A DNA stretch of 63,937 nt, the filler included, from Bigelowiella natans CCMP2755 (lineage: Eukaryota > Protista > Cercozoa): NCBI GenBank assembly GCA_000320545.1. It is 8 parts of 8 records of this genome, joined end to end, with 100 filler letters (N's around TTAATTAATTAA, not from the genome) between each part and the next. Parts side by side here need not be neighbours in the genome. Positions count along the whole stretch, not along the records: positions 38,722 to 55,103 come from ADNK01002999.1; positions 55,204 to 56,681 come from ADNK01003087.1; positions 56,782 to 61,647 come from ADNK01003088.1; positions 61,748 to 62,799 come from ADNK01002703.1; positions 62,900 to 63,937 come from ADNK01003532.1; 3 more parts are not named here. The stretch is one strand, 5' to 3'. Positions 52,667-63,937 of the stretch are shown piece by piece. The position numbers and the translations under genes were made by a program. Under the pieces are notes generated by a model. It did no database searches and was not told the origin of the DNA. It saw only the letters and a program-made list of their open reading frames with translations. The first letter of the stretch is position 1; every line of letters begins with the position of its first letter.

Positions 52667-54117
52667 TCAGGCAGATTTCGCCAGATCAACGCCTGTCCGC
52701 TGCTGCTTCCTCTTTCTCTGGGCGATTTCCTCTTTGGTAGACCTCCTGACCCTGCGTTGAATTAGCTGCTCGTTGCCGCTCAAGATGCTTATTGCGATTC
52801 TCCCCCGTTTCGCCGTCGCCGTCGTGGATTTCCTCCGTACGCTGTGGTCCTTCGTCTTCCTCATCTTCTTCTTCCTTTTCCCTCCTTCAGCACGCTCATC
52901 TTCACCATCTGGATCATCGCCCCGTCGCCTTCGCTTGGCGAGCCCCTTCTCTGGTAGCTGGGTGTTCTCCTTCTTCTTCTTCTTCCGCTCGCGGTCCTTT
53001 TCTTCCCGGGATCCCTTTTCTTTCCCTCCCCCCTTCTTAGTCTTACTATAATCATTATTATTATCATTATTATTATACTTCCGCGACGAGGCTGTAGCAG
53101 CTTTCGCCACCTTTTCCTCTACGACTCTCATGTCCACCTTCTTGTTACTCCCCTGCCCCCCCCCTCCCCGGTGCCTGTTCTTCTGGAGACAATCCCTTAT
53201 CACGAGGCCGAATATCGAGCGTCTCTTTGGCCGCCGCCGACTCAGCGGTATCATGGATGTTTTGGCGCTGCTGCTGCTGCTACTGTTGTTGTTACGATTC
53301 TCGATAACGCGTGTTTGAGATCTAGCTTGCCGCTCTAGCACAGTGTTTTGAGCAACCTTTTCTGCTTTGGTCGAAGAACTATCTGCTGCTGCTGCTGCTG
53401 CGGTGTCACGATTCTCAGCTGACACGGCTGCTCCCGCCGATAATGGCGACGATGGGGATGATCCCGACGGCGGCGCTAGAGGACGAGTGGAGGGAGTAGT
53501 GGGGGGGTGGGAAGAAGACGGAGGGGGGGGGCTTGTTGGCGATGAAGCCTGTTGCTTTTGCCGTGATTGCTGCTGCTGCTGCTGCTGCATCATCTTTTTA
53601 ACAGTGCTCTTTGTCTCTTCATTCGGAGTCGTATCCTGCGTTGTTTTCATCATCATCGCCGCGCCTTTGCCCCCCCGGGTTCGGTCTTTATCTATCTGCG
53701 GTGTGACCACCGTATCCTCCTTCGATGTCGCTACCGCTGTCCTTCCGGCTTCTTGGGCTCCCCCCCCCCCCCCCAGCAGCAGATGCTGCTAGCGCAACGG
53801 GGTCTCTAGGAGCGGCCGGCCTGGATGGAGGAGAGCGGGATGGTAGCTTGGCATGAGGGGGGAGGGTACGAGGGGGAAGAGGAAGAGGAGGAGGCACATC
53901 GTCAGGGAGGAGATGGGAGGAGGAGGATGAGGAGGATTGAAGAGCTCTGATGCTGGTGCTAGTGCTGGTGGGAGGCGAGCACGGTGGAGGGGGCGGGGTT
54001 GACGGGGGAGTTGATAACGGCAGAGGAGGAGCTGATAAGATGAATGCGGATGATAATAAGGATGATGACGATGATGGCGACGGCTGTGGTAGTTGATGCT
54101 GTGGTCGCATAAACAGC

Positions 54118-54151
<34 letters not shown>

Positions 54152-54392
54152 GCTGCTGCTGCTGCTGCTGCCAACCAGCTCCTGGGGGCTGCTGGTGCTG
54201 GGATATCGGTGGAAAAGGAGGAGGACGAGGAGGAGGAGGAGGAGGAGGATGACTTTTTTGCTGTGGATGATGATACTGAGCAGAAGGATGATGATGATGA
54301 TGATGATGACGACGATGAGCTGTAAATCTAGGAGGGAGAGGTTGTTGTTGTTGCTGCTGCTGCTGACGATGTTGCGAAGTAGGAGAAGGAAT

Positions 54393-54424
<32 letters not shown>

Positions 54425-55022
54425 GCTGCTGCTGCTGCTGCTGCATTTTCTGCCTCTCCCTTTGCTGCTCCATGTGCTGCTGGCGGCGAAGGAAAAGGAA
54501 CTTCTGTTGGCTCGCCTGCTCATCTCGCATCTTTCGCCGTCGCTCCTCCGCAATCAGCAGCGCTTGCTGCCGGAGAAGAGACAAAGAATCAGCAGCAGCA
54601 GGAGGAGGAGCAGCCTGCCTTTGAGCGACGCTCCTCTGCTGCAAACCTCGCAATCGGTGAAGGGCCAGGATGCGTCGTTGTTGATGTTGCTGATGTTGTT
54701 GATGTTGGTGCTGCTGCTGATGCTGCATCTGACGATGACTGACAGCAGAACTCTGGGCTTGACGATGTGGTGGCAGATTGCTCTGCCCTCCTTGCTGCTC
54801 CCCCCCCACCAGCACTTGATGCCTCTGCAGTTCTTTGGATTCACCAAGTAGAGGCTGCGGTAAATGGGGAGAAGGAGCACGGGGGGGAGGGGGGCGAGGG
54901 GGGCGAAGGGGAAAGAACAGAGGGGGAGGGGGAGGAGAGGAGGGAGCGGCTAGATAACCACAAAGATCGGATCTGAGGATCAAATCAGACGCTTTTACAA
55001 GCACCAAATTGGTCGCTCTCAC
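52667..55022 (-). CDS. 3' part of a Q/P-rich then K/R-rich low-complexity protein; 5' part in the gap
   Basis: Two long overlapping ORFs (444 aa and 347 aa) that could be joined by an indel in the C-run at ~53760-53773. Confidence 0.55.
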
Positions 55023-55299
55023 GTCAATGGGCCAGCCACGTCGAGACTTGCCCAGCTACACGAGTTGCTCAATGTGTGTCCTATTCCCACGATCACACTT
55101 TTGNNNNNNNNNNNNNNNNNNNNNNNNNNNNNNNNNNNNNNNNNNNNTTAATTAATTAANNNNNNNNNNNNNNNNNNNNNNNNNNNNNNNNNNNNNNNNN
55201 NNNACACAACACACACTACTACAACAAACCCTACCCCCCTACCCCCCGCCCCCCCTCCCCTCCTCGTTCCTGTACGTTTCCCCATCCTCTCTTCTCCAG

Positions 55300-55545
55300 C
55301 AATACATTGCCAATGCGGTGCAGCAGCTCATCATGGACGCCAAGGTTAGGAAAGGGTGGGCTGAGTCAATCAGTGCCAAACTCTCCTCCGCCGCCGCCTC
55401 CCCTCCCCCTCCTGCACGAAGGCGACGACGCCCAGAGATGGCCCAACAACGCGGCGAGGGATCAGATGGAAAGAACGAGGAGTGCAACGTCCAATAAAAC
55501 GACTAAAGATGCTAAAAGCAATTCGTCGTCGTCATCGTCCTCATC

Positions 55546-55576
<31 letters not shown>

Positions 55577-56870
55577 CAAAGCTTTTCCTCCCCATTGAGC
55601 AAGCGTGGGAAGTACCTCCTGGCCCTTCCGTTGATAGGCACTGGATTTGCCGGCGGCTATCGTGACTCCGGACTCATCCTCTCGCGCATGTTGCCCACAC
55701 TATACAAAGCAGCGTCCTTCTACGACGTGAGGAAGATTCTCTTTCAAATACCACCCAATAACAACAACAACAACAACGACAACGACATAAAAAAAAGAGA
55801 GCAGCCGTCTACTGAATACTTCCACGCACTGATCATCAGGTTGATATTGCGCTCGTCTGCTGGGATCCTGTGAGCTACTCGATGGTGCAGAGGCAGCGAC
55901 TCACGTCCTCCTTCCTCTCGCACTGGGCGCATTTTTTGACCAAAGAGCAGATACAGAAGGCGAGGAATCTAGCAATTGCGGCCAAGAAGGGCAATCTCGT
56001 GCTCGTGTATGGCAGCCCGGACAGTAAGTTATCGAGGAGAGCGGATGAGAGACTTTATGTATGATCTTGCATCTCGCTCTGTACGTGTGTGATATATACT
56101 TAATATTTTCCCGCTTGCTGCCTCCTACCCCTATCCACCGAGAGATATGGAATGTAATATGCGCGGGTTTGATGAGATAGTGGGAGGCGAAGCACATTCT
56201 GCTCAAGTGTGTGTGTGTGTGTGTTTGTGTGTGTATGTGTGTGTGCGTGTGCGTGTGCGTGTGCATGGCTCTCGATCTTCGGAGCCAATAAATTCACCGG
56301 TGACATTTCCGAACAGCATGACAATTTGAGGCTGATATTGCCCCCCCCCATCTAAGAGCGGAGATTGGGGGGGGGGGGGTGGGAATCAAATATCATGGAA
56401 AATGGTCTCTTGGATACCATCAATAGGGAAAAAGAACCTGGCCCCCAACTTAGCCGAACTTCTTGGGGGGTTTTGCCAAAAAAAAAAAAGGAAAGAGGGG
56501 GCCAAAGGGGGCGTGCTTTTCCCCTCCTCCCGGGTTGAAAAGCCTGAAAAATAAAAGCAGGTCACAAAGCGCGTTTAACTCAAAGACTCACCCCTTGGAA
56601 AAAAAGATAAAACGCTTTTTGTTTTCCCCCCTACGTATTACCCACTCCTCAGGGCCGGGGCATTGTCGCCTTCTCCCATCANNNNNNNNNNNNNNNNNNN
56701 NNNNNNNNNNNNNNNNNNNNNNNNNTTAATTAATTAANNNNNNNNNNNNNNNNNNNNNNNNNNNNNNNNNNNNNNNNNNNNGTATGTGTGTTGGTGCGGA
56801 TGCGAAGCAAACGCTGGAGGGCAGTGTAGACAGCGAAGAAGAGAGATTTGCAAGGATTGACTTGCAGATG

Positions 56871-56910
<40 letters not shown>

Positions 56911-58146
56911 TACACCGGGGTGCAACCCGCATATTATGACCATGCTCGCGCAATATCCCACCCCCGGGGACACCCATATCATCGACTTCGTGCCTATGCT
57001 GCCGGATGGGTAGCAGCTACGGCAGCTCGGAGCAGCAGCACACCCTCACCTCCGTAGTCGAGGCCCTGCTGATAACAAAGGAAATCCTCTATGCTGGCTT
57101 GGACCCGTACTCATCGCTTTTCCAGGCGTCACAGCGCGCCGCGACGGCACACGACAGCTACTACCACGCGGGGGGGGAGGACAAGGAGAAGGAGAAGAAG
57201 CAGAAGTGGACGAGGGGGGCAGCAAGGAAGAACAACCCAATGTTCACGGCTGTGGGGGATTATGGGAAGAAGAAGAAAAAGAAGAAGAAGAAGGAGACAG
57301 AGCCAGCAATCGATGGTCGCCGTCGCGCTAACACGAGTAGTTGTCACCAACGACCGCTTGGAACTCTCTTGACTCCTATCTCCAATCCATTCGCCATCGA
57401 GGCGTTTGACTGTAAGAAGATTCTCATGCTCCCCTGCCAGTTGTTCGTCCCCATCCCCCCTTCCCCCCCCCCTCCCTGTTTTACGGTCGCTTTGGCTCGT
57501 TGTCGCAGAGTAGCAGACACAAGCAAACCGCCCCGCAACCAGATGATTCTCTATTCTTTGCAGGTAAAGCCGACGTGGTCTGCACGGCGGAGGAGGGAGA
57601 CCCTCTCGCGCACGCGCGTGCGAGCCCCGAGGCCGTGCGAAAAGTGGAGATTTTCTTGGATCTTCTCGGGGCGCTTGTCTCCAACTGCACGCTCTACATC
57701 CTCGATGAGCGCTTCCAGGAGGCGCTGACGGAGGAGGAAGTGCAGTTTTCGGAGCATCTTCACGGGTGGTTGATCAATTGGGAGAGCATGCGCGTGATCG
57801 TTCTCGTAGTTTGATATATCCGTTAGATGGAGGGGACCTGAATTGCTCTCTGATTTCTCATCAATTTTAAAAAGAAGTCCTCATTAGTTCCGCCCCCTCC
57901 CTTATTCCTCCTCCCCCCCCCCCGTCCCCACCCCCCACTCCTCTATACTTCCCCACCAGATGCCTAGAGCAGCTCAAACGAGAGCCGGAAGTTACAAACA
58001 TGACCCATGCAAAACCGTTTCAGATGTTTTTCTCGGAGCTGACCAACGCTCTAGGAATGTCGGGTAGGGAGGTGGTGAATCCGAAGGCCGGGTTGTTCGT
58101 GGAGATGGTGAAAAAGGACCTTATCGAAAAGAGGAACAAAACGTAA
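55300..58146 (+). CDS. Macro-domain + SIR2-like fusion protein (partial, interrupted by gaps)
   Basis: LLALPLIGTGFAGG (macro-domain loop), KARNLAIAAKKGNLVL (start of a SIR2-like fold), VVEALLITKEILYAG, AVRKVEIFLDLLG; last exon ends at 58146. Confidence 0.55.
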
Positions 58147-58705
58147 TGATATAGCTAGCAGTTATACTGTGATTTGAAATTAAAAAAGGCTGCTCCTTTG
58201 TGCGAAAATGTTGCAATGCTAAAATGTATAGACGGCGCCATCTACCCATGCTTGTATGGTCAGTTCTCACATGTGTAACTCTGCATGAATGATAACTGCA
58301 TTGAAAATTGTAATGCTTGCGGCTCCACATATACATTGCGCATGCTAACATGTGTAGCTAAGTGTCTTGCCTCGTACGCATGGATTCTTTAGATGTTAGT
58401 CGCGAAGATTGTGCATGTCGCATCGCGTTTGTGCGCGGCGCTATGTCATTGCAACGCAAATGCGCAACGTCGCACAAGTCATCATACGAACAACTCGCAA
58501 GAACTTGTACTCTTTTTGCACGAAGCCACACATATGCATGGCCGCCCAGGCGGGGCAACAACAGCGCCAGACATAAAACAGCATAGCATGTACTATATGA
58601 CGCGTTTATTATTTCAAATTCACGCCAACTGAAAAATGCTGATGTTCAACTATCTCATTTCCCCGCCTTATTCTATCTCATTTCATGTAATGGCGCCAAA
58701 AAGCA

Positions 58706-59153
58706 TCACAGCCGCGACTCTTCCGCCTCCTTGAGTTTCATCGACAGATGAATTTGGTACAAGCTTCCGGCTATGGCCCCTAATGGAAAGCAAGATCGTA
58801 TCAATTCAGGCAAGGCATACATAAAATCATAAAAATATTTTTCATTCGTAAAAAACAAACAGCAGTCTCGAGTATCTTGCGCAGAGACCGGATACTCGCT
58901 CGAGGGACTACACGCTACACGACAAAACCACGCCAACAGCAAATCTCGTACAGCATGCTCTCCGAGAAATATCTGAAAGTGTTTTGCCCGTTGTCTATTT
59001 CAGAAATTGTGTGTTTCCGTGAGGGGGTGGGGGGGGAGGGACCTGCTCCCAGCAGACGCACTGCGGTCATATCCCCCATTAGCACCGGAAATACGTTCAA
59101 CGGTGCTGTTGTGTACAGCCTGAGAGCATGGAGGGGAGGATGGACATTATAAC

Positions 59154-59190
<37 letters not shown>

Positions 59191-60333
59191 CTTCTGAGCG
59201 CATATGCGATTAGTGCATTGCACGTGGGGAGAGAGGGCGCGATGGTCTCCGTAAAGTGGGGGAGGGTTCAGATATGGAAAAGAGGCAAGAATCTGATGGT
59301 CTAAATCATGAGCTGTCGCATACCACATGTTATCGCTGGAAGGCCTCGGTCTCCATATGAAACTGAGAAGGCACATAATACAGACACAGCTGCATATCAC
59401 ATCGGGCACTTCACCGTCTCCAACACCAGGAAATTCGTGCGACCAAATAACTTCTCAAAGGACCTTGTAAACTGGTAGAGGCTCGAGGCGGAGAGCGCCA
59501 GCAAGACCGAATTCTTACATATAAACACTGAAAAAGGGGGGGCGGGGGATTTGGGTTTGAAAGGTACAGAGTAGGACAAAAAAGTGTAGTAAGGGTCGTC
59601 CTCGTGCTGAACGCATGCAGGAGGCTATTCCACCATCTTCTCTCGTTGTCAATGCATTGCTGTATTCTTCTTGCTCTGTCCCAGCAACCTACCTAGGTCA
59701 AAAACGCGGGAGATTTCCAACAGAGACGACACGATTTGAGCCCCGCTGCGAAGCACCAGATAGCTTTGTGCGTAGGTAAATATGGGTCGGGGTAAGGGGG
59801 GGGAACGAGTAGAAATGCGCGAGGGATTTTGTTAAAGATGCTCACATCTTCCTGCATGATACACGCAAGCTGCCCTCCGTACTACTTTCGAGCTACGACC
59901 AAATATATATATATGTGTGTACATTCTTTCTTTCTGCACGAAATATCGAGAGATAGGAGAAGGGGGGGGGGGGGTGGAGGGAGGGGAGGGGAACCATGCG
60001 CCCATTAGAACAACGGGGACGAATCGATTCCTGGGCCGTAAATCGTGGAAAATATAGACGGAAGGGACCTGAAGCATTGTTAGGATGCGTTGCATTCGCT
60101 TGCACGCTATATTGCACGCACACACATGCACACGCATTCACACCACACATTCATACATAGTGGATGGAGAGGGAGGGGGGGGGGGAGAAAGAGAGAGAGA
60201 GAGAGGATACACATCGATCTCCACAGCACCCTTCTTACTCGATTTAACAGCAAGAGCACTGGCGACACAGCAATTCCTTTCAAAAGAAGTGATGAGACAA
60301 ATATTAGAGAACGGAATATTACTCGACACATAA

Positions 60334-60400
<67 letters not shown>

Positions 60401-60966
60401 TATATCCGGACATCTGCGACCAGCGACAAGAAGCAATTTTGTAATCACAATACCAGATAGCTCGCCGTCGTGATGGAGAGCGGTCACGCCCCACCCCCCC
60501 AACAAGCATAGAATCGCGCAAAGGTTTCCGATTAGGGCATACGGCTTCTCTGCTGCAAAGAACGACGATGATAAAATGGACGCATATGAGGAGGCAATGA
60601 TAATAATAATAATAACAATAATGAGATTATTCGTGATATATGCTGATGATATACATAAAGAATGCGTGTGTGTGTGTGTGTGTTTCTGTGTGTTTCCTTT
60701 ATCAAACCATGTTTGCTGCTACTGGGACCTTCCCTCCTATTCCTGGCTTTAGCCATGAGGGCGACGAGAAAGCTCATTGACGCGTGGACCCCGAACAACA
60801 CCGCTGAGGACACCACATTTCACACCGCCATCATCAGAAGTAAGAGGCGAAACATCGTTAGGCTGCCATTACGTGCTCTCGCAGAGAGTCGTACAGCAGC
60901 CCAAAGTACATGTGTCGTGTCGCAGGATGAGGGTGCGCGGCGCAGCGTTTTGCTCTTTATATATCA

Positions 60967-61009
<43 letters not shown>

Positions 61010-62609
61010 TTTTCTCTTCTGTTTCAAATTGACTCAAACACTCTTCGTGTAGAGTCGAGAGCCTTCTCTCACCCTTGATGCCCTCCTCATGGTTGACCAC
61101 AAGGTCCAGATTGACGGTGAAGATGTAGGCGGCGACAAGAACGCCCATCGACGCCAGCGCTCCGAGATCGATCTGCTTATTGGAAGGGGTGAGTCTCCCA
61201 GCTTGAGGCAACCAATGATGATTGGAACGTGTGACAACGAGAGAAAACACTATTAAAAAAAACAAACAGTGTATAAATGCAGGCGGACGCATGCACAACT
61301 GCGCGATGTACGTATGGGCCTCATCGCTTACCGAGCTGCTAGGCGACGCCCCCCCCCCCCCTTCAAAGTGGATTGTTGTGAGCAGCATCGTCGTCGCCGT
61401 GAAGACAGCAATGAGGAAAATTGAGGACACCCGGAAAATCCGTGGCATGTACGTCAGCGCGACAGAAATTCCCAAAGGAACTCCGATTAGCACCTTGGGG
61501 GGGGGGGGGGGGGGGGGGGAAAAAAAAAAAAAAAAAAAAAAACAGAATTGGAAGGTGGTTCTTTAAAAGAGTAAAGAGTGGGTTTTATCATTGAGTGGAA
61601 GAGTAGAAAATGAGCTGATACGCATAAAATTATTAAATGTTTGAGACNNNNNNNNNNNNNNNNNNNNNNNNNNNNNNNNNNNNNNNNNNNNTTAATTAAT
61701 TAANNNNNNNNNNNNNNNNNNNNNNNNNNNNNNNNNNNNNNNNNNNNGTACCACCAAGTTGATAGAACGTTCCATTGTGGATAACACCAAATGGCCAGGT
61801 GGTACCCGACGACCGTTCACAAACATCATCTCTGTAGCAGTGCTGCCAATGTGTGAACTCAAAGAGACTGAGTATTCGTCGAAAGGGACTTGTTTGACAG
61901 GGAGCGATTTTAGGTCATGGTGGATAAAGTCTAGCCAACTAGGATCACAACAGGTTGGCTCCCAGCTTCGCCCCCCGCCTACAGATCAGGAAGCAATCGA
62001 CATTGTCCACGATTCCTGTGAAGGGGGGGGGGGGGGGAGAGGAAGGGGGGGCAAGAAACCCATCATCATTCAGAAGAACAACACGTAGTAGGTCACCATC
62101 ACAAAACACGAGATCATGATAAAAAAGGGACACCAGCGAATAAATGAACACACACACACACAATAGGGAAGGGGGTGGGGGGGGATAGAATTGATGGCGA
62201 GCAAAAGCATACCTTGGCTGACGATGCGGAAACATTCGCTATCGCCTATTAAAACAACACAAGGTACACGTCACGAAGAACATGATTCGCATCGTCACAC
62301 ATAGCTGAAAGGCTGCTTCCAATGATTTCAAAATACGAGAGAAGTAAATACCTCACTGCGCTCTTGTTACCCCTCCCCTCCCGCCCTCCCCCCTCTTCCT
62401 CCTCCCTGTCACCATCGTCATCATCGTCATCATCATCACTAGCGCGTATATGCGCATCTTCTATCAACACCTGGCTCATGTACCCTCCTTATTGATTGCT
62501 GTGATGAAATCAGCGCGTCTCCTGTAGCATCATGGTTGCCGTGTGTTCAAAAGTGAATAAATAATCGCGTCTTTGAAATGAACGCATGCGTATGCGTATG
62601 CGCGCGCGC

Positions 62610-62645
<36 letters not shown>

Positions 62646-62758
62646 TTAGACGGACGCGGTGCAGCAGTACCCTCATCAGTGAGGAGACGAATGTCTTTGA
62701 TCAGATAGAAAAACTGGTTCCAGAGGTAAATCGCGCGTCTGAGAATACAAACACACAT

Positions 62759-62799
<41 letters not shown>

Positions 62800-62932
62800 N
62801 NNNNNNNNNNNNNNNNNNNNNNNNNNNNNNNNNNNNNNNNNNNTTAATTAATTAANNNNNNNNNNNNNNNNNNNNNNNNNNNNNNNNNNNNNNNNNNNNC
62901 TAAACAACACACACAACAACACACACTATATG

Positions 62933-62969
<37 letters not shown>

Positions 62970-63174
62970 AGCATGAATATGTGTGTGATGTGCGCGTGTA
63001 TCATTGCTCTCCCTCCACGCAAATGTCTTTAGGCAGGCGAAGGAGGCTGCGGTTTTGAGGAAGCGACAAGTAGTCCAACCGTAGTAAGAGGAGTAGATGT
63101 TGTTGTTGTTGTTTTTGTTGCTATGGCGATGATAATTGTTGACGAAAACAGAAGGACCAACAATCTGACTTTGA

Positions 63175-63205
<31 letters not shown>

Positions 63206-63340
63206 CGTGCGTGTTGGTGTGTGCGCGGGCGCGTGTATGCTTGTATACCTACACATGCATTTGACTGCAAAGACGCTGTGTGAGTTGAGGATGGAAGCAC
63301 TTCGGAAGAGAGAGCGCGCCATCGTGGCCCGCACACGGGT
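58706..63340 (-). CDS. Large multi-exon membrane protein of unknown family; extends across gaps
   Basis: Hydrophobic exons (LIGVPLGISVALTYMPRIFRVSSIFLIAVFTATTMLL; LGALASMGVLVAAYIFTV; VLFGVHASMSFLVALM) followed by soluble exons ending KLKEAEESRL*. Confidence 0.45.
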
Positions 63341-63937
63341 AAGAGCAGCAGCAGCAGCAGCAGCAGCACAAAATTAAACACAAAAGACACACACAATACA
63401 CACGCGCGTGCACACATACACACACACACACACACACACATACATCATACCCGTGTCGATGAGAATGAAAAATGAAAAATGATGATGATAATGATGATGA
63501 AATATAGAAGGCGAAACGCACTTAATAGTAGATGTACGTGACACTAACTCCCCACTCCCCCCCCCCCCCCGCCCCCTGCCCAAATCGCCTCATCCAATTC
63601 TTCGCGCGGCTCTTTTTCCTCTTTTCCTAGACGCTGGAGGAGTATCTTGACGTACAACGCCAGTCATCGACGGACTCAGTTATCAGCGGCAGCACGAATC
63701 GAGAAAAATCTTTTGACAGCAAAAGCGAGCTTGCGGGGACACCGGGTAGGGCGGGGGGGGGAGACTCTTCTCCACGCACACGCCCAAAGCCTATTCCAAA
63801 GCCGTGGAGAGCAGTGGCAGCCGGAAAAGGGGACAACTTCCAAGCACAGTTAGTAGCACAAGGTCGTAGCAGCCGGCGTGCGATCCGTGCGATCCTTGAT
63901 AGAAAGAAGAATATGGATATATGTGCATACACACGCA

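Noticed and set aside
12043-62899. TTAATTAATTAA repeated seven times within N runs
   Set aside because: Artificial gap linker with stops in all six frames; not biological.
2300-63450. Poly-M/I, ERERER, YIYIYI and HTHTHT ORFs
   Set aside because: Translations of intronic microsatellites (ATG, GA, TA, CA repeats).

Overview
Intron-rich, gene-dense eukaryotic nuclear DNA from a draft assembly. It has seven 100-nt N gaps carrying an artificial TTAATTAATTAA linker, and many microsatellites inside introns. Gene style (signal peptide plus transit-like leader, algal-type selenoprotein) suggests a secondary-plastid protist such as the chlorarachniophyte Bigelowiella; this is an inference. About 20 spliced genes can be rebuilt by hand: a SAP/RanBP2-ZnF protein with a bipartite leader, a CCCH + AAC4-like protein, a Tudor-like protein, a truncated CHD remodeler, cysteine synthase, an RLPH phosphatase, an SLC25 carrier, TSR2, a sulfotransferase, an ankyrin gene, a C2H2 protein, PDI, a GSTCD-like methyltransferase, a Macro + SIR2-like protein and a membrane protein. 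Two items are invisible in the ORF track. (1) A 2.4-kb minus-strand array of 12 homologous ~190-230 nt units, each bounded by YAG|NNN|GTRAG, i.e. twelve consecutive 3-nt micro-exons whose triplet varies (27665-30020). (2) A 7-exon ER thioredoxin-fold selenoprotein with three in-frame TGA codons (G-U-G-U-U), a KDEL end and a SECIS element (31076-32775). All exon models are manual and not transcript-verified.
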